DNA of 64,000 nt from NCBI GenBank assembly GCA_903828785.1, contig CAIKNP010000007.1, forward strand, positions 1,629-65,628, read 5' to 3'. The DNA comes from an uncultured Actinomycetes bacterium (lineage in GTDB: Bacteria > Actinomycetota > Acidimicrobiia > Acidimicrobiales > RAAP-2). The notes below the pieces were generated by a model, which saw only the letters and a list, made by a program, of their open reading frames with translations, did no database searches and had not been told where the DNA came from. How positions within the stretch are numbered: position 1 is the first letter of the stretch; each line of letters opens with the position of its first letter. The position numbers were made by a program, and so were the translations under genes. This document shows positions 56,070-64,000 of this stretch, one piece after another.

Positions 56070-58445
56070 ATGCGCCGGTCAACATCTCACCTTCGCTGGT
56101 TCGTAGGGACCAGCATGTTGGCGTTGAGCCTCACCGCCGTCTCCTCCCTCACAGCCTCGGCATCGCAGCCCCGCTTGCGGGTGGCGGGTGCCGCGGCGGT
56201 GCCGGCGCGAGCCACCGTGATGACGGGAAACCACCAGGTGACTTTCGACGTGGTGCTCAGTTCTAAAGACTCGGCCGGTGAAGCCTCCTTCCTGCGTGCC
56301 TTAACCACCCCCGGTACTGCGCAGTACAGGCACTTCCTCACCCCCACCCAGTTCGCCCTTCGCTTCGGTGCCCCCGAGGTGCAGGTCGATGCCGTGCGGC
56401 GCTATTTCGTCCAGCACGGACTGCGCGTCGGTAGTCTCAGTCGAGGGCGCCTGGTTCTCGCCCTCAGCGGACCACGTTCGGCGGTAGCGCGCGCCTTTCA
56501 GGCCCGCGTGATTACGATTAAAGACCACGGGGTCATCAGCAGCCAATTTGCGTCGACCGCTACCCTGCCCGCCGACCTGGCCCACGCCATCGTCGGCGTT
56601 GAGGGTTTGAGCAGCCCCACGCCACGCAGCTCCAATCTGGTCACGTCGCACGCCACAGGCGCCTACACGCCGAACTGTCCTTCGGCTGGTTCGGCCAACG
56701 CCAAGGTGCCGAGTTCACTCGGTGGCTACACCGCCGGCCAGGAGGGAAGCCTCTACGGAATATCGTCGCAATGGGCGAAGGGGAACACCGGACAGGGATC
56801 GGTAATCGCGCTCTACGAGCTGGGCTCCTACGACGCGGCCAACCTCACCACCTATTTTGCTTGCTACGGTCTCTCCCCCACGATAAACGCCATCAAGGTG
56901 GACGGCGGTTCCACCGGGGCCTACAGCGATGAAGCCACCATCGATATCGAACAAGCGGGCGTCTTGGCACCCGGTGCGACCCTCGACGTGTACAGCGGTC
57001 CCAACACGTCAGCGGGACCCACCGACGTGTACACCAGAATTGCCGACGACAATCTGGCCACCGTCGTCTCGGTTTCCTGGGGCGACTGCGAAACGGATCC
57101 TACGGGGGCAATCGCCACCGAGCGGCCCCTCTTTGAACAAATGGCCGCCGAGGGCATCACGGTGGTGGCCGCCGCGGGCGACTCCGGTTCCTCGGACTGC
57201 CACGGGGTAACCAATAACGGCCTCGCCGTCGACGACCCGGCGAGCCAGCCCTTCGTCACGGGTGTGGGTGGCCTTACGGTGAGTTCAATTTCGCCACTCA
57301 ATCAAAGCGTCTGGAACAGCGGGAGCGGGAGCGGTGCTTCCGGTGGTGGCGTCTCCGCTCTCTGGTCGCGACCGTGGTGGCAAACCGGCGCACTCTTCAC
57401 CGGCGACACCTCCCAAGGAGTGGCGACCGCCAAGGGACGTATGGTGCCCGATCTATCGGTGCTCGGCGACCCCAGCACGGGCTTTATGCAGTACTTCACT
57501 GGCACCAACGGCACGGGGGTGTCCTGCGGACAGAACGGCTGCGCCAGCGGATGGAACAGTATTGGCGGCACTTCCATAGGAGCACCGCTCGTCAGCGCCC
57601 TCTTCGCGATTGCTAACCAGGTTTGTGGCACCACCCGCTTGGGATTCATGAATCCCACGCTGTACGAAATTGCCACGACCGCCGGCAACTACGTTGACGT
57701 CACCAGTGGAACGAACGACGTCTTCCAAAAGGGCGCCTACGGCGCCGGTGTGGGCTACGACCTCGCCTCGGGTCTCGGAAGCCCTTCGAGCAGCTTCATC
57801 AACAACCTCTGTCCGCCGGCCATCAGTCTGGCCAAGTCGAGCACCCAGTCGTCCGTCGCGACGACCGCGTACCTGGGCCACAGCGTCACCCTGGCCACGA
57901 CCCTGCGCGACGTCAATGGTTTCCCCGTCCCGAACGCCACGGTCACCTTCCACGCCACTTCCACCCAGGGCAACGTCGTCTTCGACGGTGACCCCAGCAC
58001 CGCCCAGGGGGCCAACGGGTCGACCGTCACCGCAACCACCTCGGTGCAGGGTGTTGCCACGGTGACCCTTTCAGCCTCCGTGGCGCAGGTCGCCACGATT
58101 AGCGCCTCGGTAAACACTGGACAGATTTCCTCAACGCCGATATCCTTCGTCATCTTCCCCTACGCCCTGCGCCTGCCTTGGCAGCCGGTGTTGACCTTGC
58201 CCGTCCCCCAATCCACGAGTGTGGCCTTGAGCATCAAGGCCACACCGTCACCCCACCCCCCGATCACCGCCTACGAGGTGACTACCAACGGTGGCAAAAC
58301 GTGGACGATGGAACGCGCCAGTGTTCGCCGCTTCCGCCTGAAGGGCCTGTTGCCCGCCCAGACCTACCTCATCGCTATTCGCGCGGTCAACCACAACGGC
58401 GTTGGTCCCTACTCGCTGCCCCTTCGCGTTACGACCTCGGTGTAA
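56070..58445 (+). CDS. Secreted S53 (sedolisin/kumamolisin-type) serine-carboxyl peptidase with C-terminal Ig-like and FN3-like domains
   Basis: It has a signal peptide, then a pro-kumamolisin-type prodomain (YRHFLTPTQFALRFGAP). Catalytic landmarks are DEATIDIEQAG, VSVSWG, AAAGDSGS and GGTSIGAPL. The C-terminal FN3-like segment ends ...YLIAIRAVNHNGVGPYS. The start could be ATG 56070 or GTG 56031. Confidence 0.8.
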   Translation: MRRSTSHLRWFVGTSMLALSLTAVSSLTASASQPRLRVAGAAAVPARATVMTGNHQVTFDVVLSSKDSAGEASFLRALTTPGTAQYRHFLTPTQFALRFGAPEVQVDAVRRYFVQHGLRVGSLSRGRLVLALSGPRSAVARAFQARVITIKDHGVISSQFASTATLPADLAHAIVGVEGLSSPTPRSSNLVTSHATGAYTPNCPSAGSANAKVPSSLGGYTAGQEGSLYGISSQWAKGNTGQGSVIALYELGSYDAANLTTYFACYGLSPTINAIKVDGGSTGAYSDEATIDIEQAGVLAPGATLDVYSGPNTSAGPTDVYTRIADDNLATVVSVSWGDCETDPTGAIATERPLFEQMAAEGITVVAAAGDSGSSDCHGVTNNGLAVDDPASQPFVTGVGGLTVSSISPLNQSVWNSGSGSGASGGGVSALWSRPWWQTGALFTGDTSQGVATAKGRMVPDLSVLGDPSTGFMQYFTGTNGTGVSCGQNGCASGWNSIGGTSIGAPLVSALFAIANQVCGTTRLGFMNPTLYEIATTAGNYVDVTSGTNDVFQKGAYGAGVGYDLASGLGSPSSSFINNLCPPAISLAKSSTQSSVATTAYLGHSVTLATTLRDVNGFPVPNATVTFHATSTQGNVVFDGDPSTAQGANGSTVTATTSVQGVATVTLSASVAQVATISASVNTGQISSTPISFVIFPYALRLPWQPVLTLPVPQSTSVALSIKATPSPHPPITAYEVTTNGGKTWTMERASVRRFRLKGLLPAQTYLIAIRAVNHNGVGPYSLPLRVTTSV

Positions 58446-58448
58446 GCA

Positions 58449-60554
58449 GTGCGAGTAATGCGCCCTTCCTTCCGGAACGGACGTTGGCGTTTTCAACCTC
58501 ACGCCAAGCGCAGGTGGCTAGAAGCCCGACCTCACCGTCGCTGGCTGACTCATTTCGTGATCGTCGGTACCCTGGTCCCGGTCGTCACTTTGCCCAGTCT
58601 CACCGCATCCACCCCCAGCGGCACCCCGCTCTACGCCTTCAGTGCCACCGGCAACACCAGCGTGCCCTGGTCGAGTGCCTCCCTCGAACCGCTCGTCCAC
58701 AATCTGGCCATTAGCGGAACGCCGAGCGTCATTAGCGGCAACGGGGTCATCGCCATCGCTGGCCTCAACGCGTCGGGTGACCTCGTGCTGGGTGAGCAAA
58801 CGCCCCAGGGGATTCTGCCCACCGTTGACCTGACCAGTGGACTAGCGGCCCCCGTCGCGGCCAGCGCGCCCGTCGCCTTTTTTGACCCCTTCAACAACGT
58901 GGATGTTGCCTACGTCGCGACTTCGGGGAACCTGATGCTCATTGTGCCGAATTTGAACCTCCAGCACCACTGGGGTCACTTCCGTTCCGTTCAACCCGAC
59001 CAAGTGCTCAACCTTTCCGCCAATCAGGCCACCCTTGCTCTGGGTACGCCCAGTGTGGGGGTGGTCGGAAAGAATGGTCTTATCGCGGCCACCGACACCA
59101 AGGGTGACCTCGAAGTTCTTTCGCTGACCTGGTCGGCGCTCAACGCCCCACCCATCGCATCACCCATGACCAACGTCACCACCACCTCAAACTCGCCCAC
59201 CCTCCTCAGCGAACCTCGGGTGGTGAGCGCTGCGACCACGCCACTGCTTACCGCTTTGGTGAGTGGTCACAACGTTGAAATGTACGCCGGCACCGCCGCG
59301 AGTGCGTGGACGGCGCTGAACGTGACCCTCGCCACCGGTGCGCCCATCGCCGTCGCTTCAGTGGTCGGCACCGCGACCACGAGCACCACCTACGTGGCCT
59401 CGCTGGCGAGCAACGGTGACGTGCAACTCTTCACCGTTCCCGCTGGAGCTGAAACGGCCAACGTCCACGCGCGCGTCATTACCCAGCCCTCGACCCAGTG
59501 GGTCTACACCGACGTCTCCACCGCGGCCCCGGGTACGCCACCCCTCGCGGGCACCCTCGCCCTAGCGGTCAGCCCTGGTCAAATCACCATCGCTGGTCAG
59601 TCCGCCAACTTGAATGATCTCTACACCGTGGCCACGCCCCTTCCCACCACCGCGTGGACGAGCAGCGATTTGTCAAAGACGGCTTCGGGGGCGGCCTTCA
59701 CCGTAGGACCGGTCGTGAGCAGTGGCTGGGTGAACGGCGTTCTCACGCTCTTCGCGACGAACACCGGCTACGCCACACCCAAGGGCGTGGGGGTCTACGC
59801 CATTCCGCAAGCTGACTGGAGCCGAGCCATCAGCGACGGTTGGCCCATCGTGGCCGACACCGGAGCCCTGGGTACCACCCAGGCCCCGTGGGTGGGCTAC
59901 GTGACCACCGGGGGCGTCGCTCAATCGCCGGACTACCTGCTCGGAACCACAGTGGCGGCCAGCCATAAGAGCGAAACCTGGATCTCCTTTTGGACCGTGA
60001 GCGGCCCCCTCAGCGGCCAAGCGCAGGGCAGTAATGCGTACTACACGCACGGATTTCAAGCGGGTGTCTGGGTGGCTCAACAGATTGATCAGTACGCGAC
60101 GCTGGGGCTGAGTGTCGCCCCCAACTGGGTGGTCTTTGACCCCGAGGGCTACCCCGACAATCACTCCAATTTGGACGCCCCACCCGGGTCCTCCGCGGCT
60201 GTCTTCGCCACCTACGGCAGTTACTGGGCCTCCATGGTGCACGGCTGGATCGACGGCCTGGCCTCCATTGATCCGCTGCTGCACCCGGGCCTCTACGCCG
60301 CTCAATCGGAATACGGGAACTACCACCTCGCCGCCCTCGACCTCCCGGTGTTTGTCGCCCTCGCCTTCGGCGGGAACGGACCCAGCAAACTCAGTACCAC
60401 GAACGGGAGCAACATCCGTGGGTACATTGCCTTCAACGCCAGTTGCTCGCCCACGAGTACCCTCAAGGCGCAAGAAGCCACCTTGACTGGTTCGCCGTGG
60501 TTTGGCCAATTCAATACACTGCAGTTCAACCCCGGCGTGTACTGCCATCCCTAG
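58449..60554 (+). CDS. Large secreted or anchored hypothetical protein: basic N-terminus plus hydrophobic segment, 6-7 repeats of roughly 50-60 aa (beta-propeller-like), and a C-terminal hydrolase-like domain
   Basis: 701-aa ORF starting 4 nt after the S53 stop. The recurring strand motif x-G-(D/N)-(L/V)-x-(L/V) appears as ASGDLVLG, TSGNLMLI, TKGDLEVL and SNGDVQLF. The C-terminal 250 aa contains VVFDPEGYP and GLYAAQSEY. Confidence 0.65.
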   Translation: MRVMRPSFRNGRWRFQPHAKRRWLEARPHRRWLTHFVIVGTLVPVVTLPSLTASTPSGTPLYAFSATGNTSVPWSSASLEPLVHNLAISGTPSVISGNGVIAIAGLNASGDLVLGEQTPQGILPTVDLTSGLAAPVAASAPVAFFDPFNNVDVAYVATSGNLMLIVPNLNLQHHWGHFRSVQPDQVLNLSANQATLALGTPSVGVVGKNGLIAATDTKGDLEVLSLTWSALNAPPIASPMTNVTTTSNSPTLLSEPRVVSAATTPLLTALVSGHNVEMYAGTAASAWTALNVTLATGAPIAVASVVGTATTSTTYVASLASNGDVQLFTVPAGAETANVHARVITQPSTQWVYTDVSTAAPGTPPLAGTLALAVSPGQITIAGQSANLNDLYTVATPLPTTAWTSSDLSKTASGAAFTVGPVVSSGWVNGVLTLFATNTGYATPKGVGVYAIPQADWSRAISDGWPIVADTGALGTTQAPWVGYVTTGGVAQSPDYLLGTTVAASHKSETWISFWTVSGPLSGQAQGSNAYYTHGFQAGVWVAQQIDQYATLGLSVAPNWVVFDPEGYPDNHSNLDAPPGSSAAVFATYGSYWASMVHGWIDGLASIDPLLHPGLYAAQSEYGNYHLAALDLPVFVALAFGGNGPSKLSTTNGSNIRGYIAFNASCSPTSTLKAQEATLTGSPWFGQFNTLQFNPGVYCHP

Positions 60555-60563
60555 GAGCGAAGC

Positions 60564-60791
60564 ATGAGTGATCAGTCCGACGACCGTAGCCAAGATTTAC
60601 GCCAACGCCTGAAGCAGCTCACCCAGCCCTTAGTCGACTCGCTGGACGGTCGACTGCGCGAGGAGGTCGACAAGCGGGTGGACGAACGCGTCCAGGCAAT
60701 TCTGCAGGACCGTCTCAGTGTGCTGGAACGAGCCATCGCCGATCTCGACCGTACGACGCGAGAGCTCGAGCGGCGACTCGGCGACGCCTAG
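60564..60791 (+). CDS. Small (75 aa) charged coiled-coil protein, function unknown
   Basis: The good SD (AGGAG) sits 6 nt upstream of the ATG. There is heptad-like spacing of L/V in a D/E/R-rich sequence. Confidence 0.6.
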   Translation: MSDQSDDRSQDLRQRLKQLTQPLVDSLDGRLREEVDKRVDERVQAILQDRLSVLERAIADLDRTTRELERRLGDA

Positions 60792-60910
60792 CGGCGGTTT
60801 TTGTCCCGACGCAAAACAAATCGCACGGTCAACACCGTCAAGACCACAATCGCCACCACGAAAATTCCGAAGACTGCGGCGAAGGCTGAAATCAAGGCGG
60901 CGAGAAACAT
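60788..60910 (-). CDS. Unlisted 40-aa micro-ORF encoding a single-pass membrane peptide (MFLAALISAFAAVFGIFVVAIVVLTVLTVRFVLRRDKNRR)
   Basis: Translated by hand from the minus strand. It has a 28-residue hydrophobic stretch followed by a basic tail, and most third codon positions are G/C, as in the neighbouring genes. Its stop overlaps the stop of the convergent gene in a CTAG tetranucleotide, as at three other convergent junctions here. There is no clear SD. Confidence 0.35.
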   Translation of the reverse strand: MFLAALISAFAAVFGIFVVAIVVLTVLTVRFVLRRDKNRR

Positions 60911-60954
60911 AATTCGATCGTAGCCGTGTCACAGCCGTCTTTCAGAGTGGACGT

Positions 60955-61731
60955 ATGACGAACACGCTTAGCGCCTTCCCCCTGGCCCTCGCCCTCCGGG
61001 GTGACCGGACGCAACGGCCCTTGCGCGATGACCGACGCGCCCAGCAACTCCACGACCAGCTCCATCAGCTCCTCGCCCGAAGCCCGTACCAGCCTTCGGC
61101 ACCCCTCATCCTTCGATCGTCTTCCCTTCGAGCCCAGACGCCTTCCTTCGAGTCCAGCGAGCTCGGTCGCTTGCGGGGCGTGCTGGTCACCACCGCACTT
61201 CGTCTGCTGGTCAACGGGGTGCACCTCGACGACAGTTTCGCCGACGTCCACGAGGCCTGGCTCAGCACGCAGGCGGCGGGCCCATTACGGCAATCCTTCG
61301 AACTCTTAAACGATGACCAGCGGGCGCGACTCGCCGCGGACATTCGCAGTCACGTCAGTGTTTTGCGCGAGCACCTCGGCGCCATCCCTAGTTCGTGGCG
61401 GCCTCGTACCGTGGTACGCACCCGGCTCCTACTCGGCGGTGGGGCCTTGGAACTGCGCGACGAGGTTGACTTGGTCGTGGGCTCCCCCTTCGAGGACGTC
61501 GCGGCGCTGGCCCTTTTGGACGTCACGACGGCGCCACTGGGTGAGAACGCGGAACGTGTTCTGCGTTACCACGCCCTCGTGCAGACCTTGCGTAGCGGCG
61601 TCGTTCCCCTACGTAGCTGTCTCTTTTCTACCGCCACCACCGATCTGTGGTCCCGTGACGTTGACGATGAACTTCTGCAACGCGCCTTGGCTGACGTCGC
61701 CAGCGTGCTGCAAGGGTCGGAGGCCGCGTGA
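60955..61731 (+). CDS. Hypothetical protein (258 aa), possibly a degenerate PD-(D/E)XK-like fold
   Basis: The ORF has typical codon bias. The C-terminal half has LELRDEVDLVVG ... LALLDVTTAP ... LRYHALV, resembling nuclease motifs II, III and IV but without the motif-III lysine. Confidence 0.55.
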   Translation: MTNTLSAFPLALALRGDRTQRPLRDDRRAQQLHDQLHQLLARSPYQPSAPLILRSSSLRAQTPSFESSELGRLRGVLVTTALRLLVNGVHLDDSFADVHEAWLSTQAAGPLRQSFELLNDDQRARLAADIRSHVSVLREHLGAIPSSWRPRTVVRTRLLLGGGALELRDEVDLVVGSPFEDVAALALLDVTTAPLGENAERVLRYHALVQTLRSGVVPLRSCLFSTATTDLWSRDVDDELLQRALADVASVLQGSEAA

Positions 61732-62525
61732 GTGAACTTTGGCTCCGCCGCAGCACCCCCTCGGACCTCGAGCTCCTACCGGCGCGAACAACGCCGATTC
61801 TCCTTAGTGACGAACAACGGCGCTCCTTCTCGGAACGGATGCGTCAGATTCCGACCACCAGCCCACGTCGTCTCGACGCCTGGGGGGTAGAGCGGGGAGG
61901 ACGGCCCGATCTCCCCTTCACCTGGACGGCCACGACGGCGAGGCGAATTATTGGGACCCGCGCCGCCCAGCGACACAACAGCAGCCGCGAGTCAATTCTC
62001 GAAGCGGTGCGCGACGAGATCGCCGACCAGCTCATCATCGCCAGCAGTGGACGCTCACGATCGGGATCGCTGGCTCACTGGCTGGCCAACGCCTCGCACC
62101 CCAGCTTGGGGCTCATTACGGCCGAGGCCGTGAACTGGGCCACCCAACTCCTCGAGGCCAGCACCCTGTTCGGCGATTCGACGCACTTATGCCGCTCGGA
62201 CGCGTACTACAACATCAGCGGGGCGTCGACGACCTTGCGGGGTCGCCGCGACCTCCTGCTGCCCTCGACTGAGGGTCGCGTCGTGGTTCGCGTGCGCTCG
62301 GGGGCTCCGGGTCCGAGCGCCGGCGCCGGACTGCGAACGGACCTGTTTATCGACGCCTTAGCCCACCCCGAGGGTGAGGCGGCGCAGCAATTCATTGGTC
62401 TGTGGCCCGACGCGGGCCTCCTACTACTCGTGGAAGGCACGGTAGAGAATCTCCGTGCCGGCGCCCGAAGTTTGCTTCGTGGGGCGGTGGTTCAGCGCCG
62501 AAGGGAACTCGCCCCAGTGGCCTAA
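61728..62525 (+). CDS. Hypothetical protein (265 aa), apparent distant paralog of the preceding gene
   Basis: It has a GTGA overlap with the previous gene. It shows the same order of elements (TLRGRRDLLLP ... VVVRVRSGAP ... LRTDLFIDAL), with both motif-III catalytic positions replaced. Confidence 0.55.
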   Translation: MSELWLRRSTPSDLELLPARTTPILLSDEQRRSFSERMRQIPTTSPRRLDAWGVERGGRPDLPFTWTATTARRIIGTRAAQRHNSSRESILEAVRDEIADQLIIASSGRSRSGSLAHWLANASHPSLGLITAEAVNWATQLLEASTLFGDSTHLCRSDAYYNISGASTTLRGRRDLLLPSTEGRVVVRVRSGAPGPSAGAGLRTDLFIDALAHPEGEAAQQFIGLWPDAGLLLLVEGTVENLRAGARSLLRGAVVQRRRELAPVA

Positions 62526-62564
62526 GTTCGCCGATTTGACAGCGTCTACTAGCGTTGAACAGTT

Positions 62565-64000
62565 ATGACTCTTCGTACATCCCTTAGAAACATCGCCATC
62601 ATTGCTCACGTCGACCACGGCAAGACCACCTTGGTCGATGCCATGCTTCGTCAAACGGGCTCCTTCACCGCCCACGAGGCGCTCACCGAGCGCGTCATGG
62701 ACTCGGGCGACCTCGAACGGGAGAAGGGTATTACCATCCTGGCGAAGAACACCGCCGTCCAGTACAAGGACCTCACCATCAACATCATCGACACCCCCGG
62801 CCACGCCGACTTCGGTGGCGAGGTGGAGCGCGGCCTGGCCATGGTCGACGCGGTTATCTTGCTGGTCGACGCCGCCGAGGGCCCCCTGCCCCAGACCCGT
62901 TTCGTCTTGCGCAAGACCCTCGAGGCGCGCCTGCCCGTCGTGCTGGTGATCAACAAGGTGGACCGGGCTGACGCCCGCACCGCGGCCGTGGTCGAAGAAG
63001 TAGAGAACCTCTTCTTAGACCTCGACGCCGACGAGGATCAGATTTCCTTCCCCATCCTCTACGCGTCCGCCCGTCAGGGTTGGGCCTCGACCAACATCGA
63101 AGACACCAGCGGCGACCTCGGACCACTCTTTGAGACCATCGTCAATTACGTTCCCGCCCCCGAATACACCGAGGGCCACGGGCTCCAGGCCCTGGTCTGC
63201 AACCTCGACGCCTCGCCCTACCTCGGCCGCCTCGCCCTGTGTCGCGTCATCAACGGCACGCTGCAGCGCGGCTCGCGCGTGGCTTGGTGCCACGTCGACG
63301 GCACCATTGAGTACGCCAAGATCACCGAACTCTTCATGACCGAGGCACTCGACCGAGTCCCGGCGGAGAGTGCCGGCCCCGGCGACATCGTGGCCGTCGC
63401 CGGTTTCGACACCATCACCATCGGCGAGACGCTGGCCGACGCCGACAATCCCATTCCCCTGACCCCACTGACCGTGGACGAGCCCAGTCTCTCCATGACT
63501 ATTGGCATCAACACTTCGCCGCTGGCTGGAGCCGAGGGCAAGCTGCTGACCGCCCGCATGGTGAAGGACCGCCTGGACAAGGAGCTGGTCGGCAACGTTT
63601 CGCTGCGCGTGCTCAACACCGAGCGCCCCGACGCCTGGGAAGTGCAGGGTCGTGGTGAACTGCAGCTGGCCGTGCTGATCGAGACCATGCGCCGTGAGGG
63701 CTTCGAGCTCACCGTCGGCAAGCCGCAGGTCGTGACCCGCATCGTCGACGGCAAGACCCACGAGCCCGTCGAGCACGTCACCATCGACACCCCCGAGGAG
63801 TACGTCGGTAATATCACCACCCTCCTGGCTACTCGCAAGGGCACCATGCTCGACATGATTAACCACGGCACTGGTTGGGTGCGCCTGGAATGGCGTATCC
63901 CAGCGCGCGGACTGGTCGGCATTCGTACCGAGTTCATGACCGAAACCCGCGGAGCGGGAATGATGCACTCCAACTTCGACGGCTACGCACCCTGGTTCGG
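62565..64000 (+). CDS. typA: Translational GTPase TypA/BipA (3-prime end outside the window)
   Basis: It is not in the ORF track because it has no stop within the window. It begins MTLRTSLRNIAIIAHVDHGKTTLVDAMLRQTG, followed by IIDTPGHADFGGEVER and VINKVDR. Confidence 0.95.
   Translation, partial: MTLRTSLRNIAIIAHVDHGKTTLVDAMLRQTGSFTAHEALTERVMDSGDLEREKGITILAKNTAVQYKDLTINIIDTPGHADFGGEVERGLAMVDAVILLVDAAEGPLPQTRFVLRKTLEARLPVVLVINKVDRADARTAAVVEEVENLFLDLDADEDQISFPILYASARQGWASTNIEDTSGDLGPLFETIVNYVPAPEYTEGHGLQALVCNLDASPYLGRLALCRVINGTLQRGSRVAWCHVDGTIEYAKITELFMTEALDRVPAESAGPGDIVAVAGFDTITIGETLADADNPIPLTPLTVDEPSLSMTIGINTSPLAGAEGKLLTARMVKDRLDKELVGNVSLRVLNTERPDAWEVQGRGELQLAVLIETMRREGFELTVGKPQVVTRIVDGKTHEPVEHVTIDTPEEYVGNITTLLATRKGTMLDMINHGTGWVRLEWRIPARGLVGIRTEFMTETRGAGMMHSNFDGYAPWF

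Noticed and set aside
60630-60932. 100-aa minus-strand ORF spanning the coiled-coil gene and the spacer.
   Set aside because: Most of it is antisense to the SD-preceded 75-aa gene, and it is in a different frame from the hydrophobic micro-ORF. It has no protein-like features.
63015-63973. 317-aa and 251-aa minus-strand ORFs near the right end of the window.
   Set aside because: They are antisense to the unmistakable typA/bipA reading frame, which the ORF track omits because it has no stop in the window. They have shadow-ORF composition.

Overview
This is a GC-rich, very gene-dense chromosomal segment that looks actinobacterial. The evidence is the rimO-pgsA-cinA-recA arrangement, a SerB with an N-terminal ACT region, a long-form DeoC and a CGAAC-N4-GTTCG SOS box. 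I cannot assign a genus. I call 64 CDS (two cut by the window edges) and one tRNA-Ser(GCU). I saw no rRNA, CRISPR array, transposase, integrase or phage genes, and I recognise no transcription factor, sigma factor or two-component gene.

Content from left to right:
- 1-3.5 kb: ureohydrolase, SnoaL-like protein and NCS1 permease operon.
- 3.6-8.4 kb: FAD oxidoreductase, DUF1365 and CFA-synthase-like lipid-modification operon, with divergent SRPBCC and SDR genes.
- 8.9-12.1 kb: NOX/ferric-reductase-like membrane flavocytochrome, an FMN-binding protein with a very long low-complexity tether, and the ApbE flavin transferase.
- 12-14 kb: small uncharacterised membrane and SRPBCC genes.
- 14-22 kb: ppa, 3-hydroxyacyl-CoA dehydrogenase, MFS transporters, kynA-kynU and ettA.
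- 22.3-37.9 kb: a roughly 15.6 kb nucleoside uptake and catabolism supercluster (BMP-type ABC importer, psuK/psuG, cdd, deoA, add, phosphomutase, punA, two ALDH genes, deoC).
- 37.9-46 kb: rmlCB/rmlA, bioY, aminopeptidase P, serB, and an acetyltransferase-MFS pair.
- 45.7-50.2 kb: recA with its SOS box, cinA, pgsA, rimO and tRNA-Ser.
- 50.4-56 kb: a SelA-like PLP enzyme divergent from an amino-acid ABC transporter, then NUDIX and TauE-DUF4395.
- 56-62.5 kb: a block of poorly characterised genes (S53 sedolisin-type protease, a 701-aa repeat/hydrolase-like protein, a 75-aa coiled-coil protein, an unlisted 40-aa membrane micro-ORF, and two coupled hypothetical proteins).
- 62.6 kb to the end: typA/bipA, truncated by the window.

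The best candidates for something not yet described are:
1. The NOX-like / tethered FMN-binding / signal-less ApbE module.
2. The S53 protease plus repeat/hydrolase pair.
3. The coupled pair of proteins that look like degenerate PD-(D/E)XK nucleases upstream of typA.
4. A catalytic-domain-less ALDH paralog translationally coupled to a full-length ALDH.

None of these can be verified without database searches. Family assignments rest on motifs I can read in the translations.
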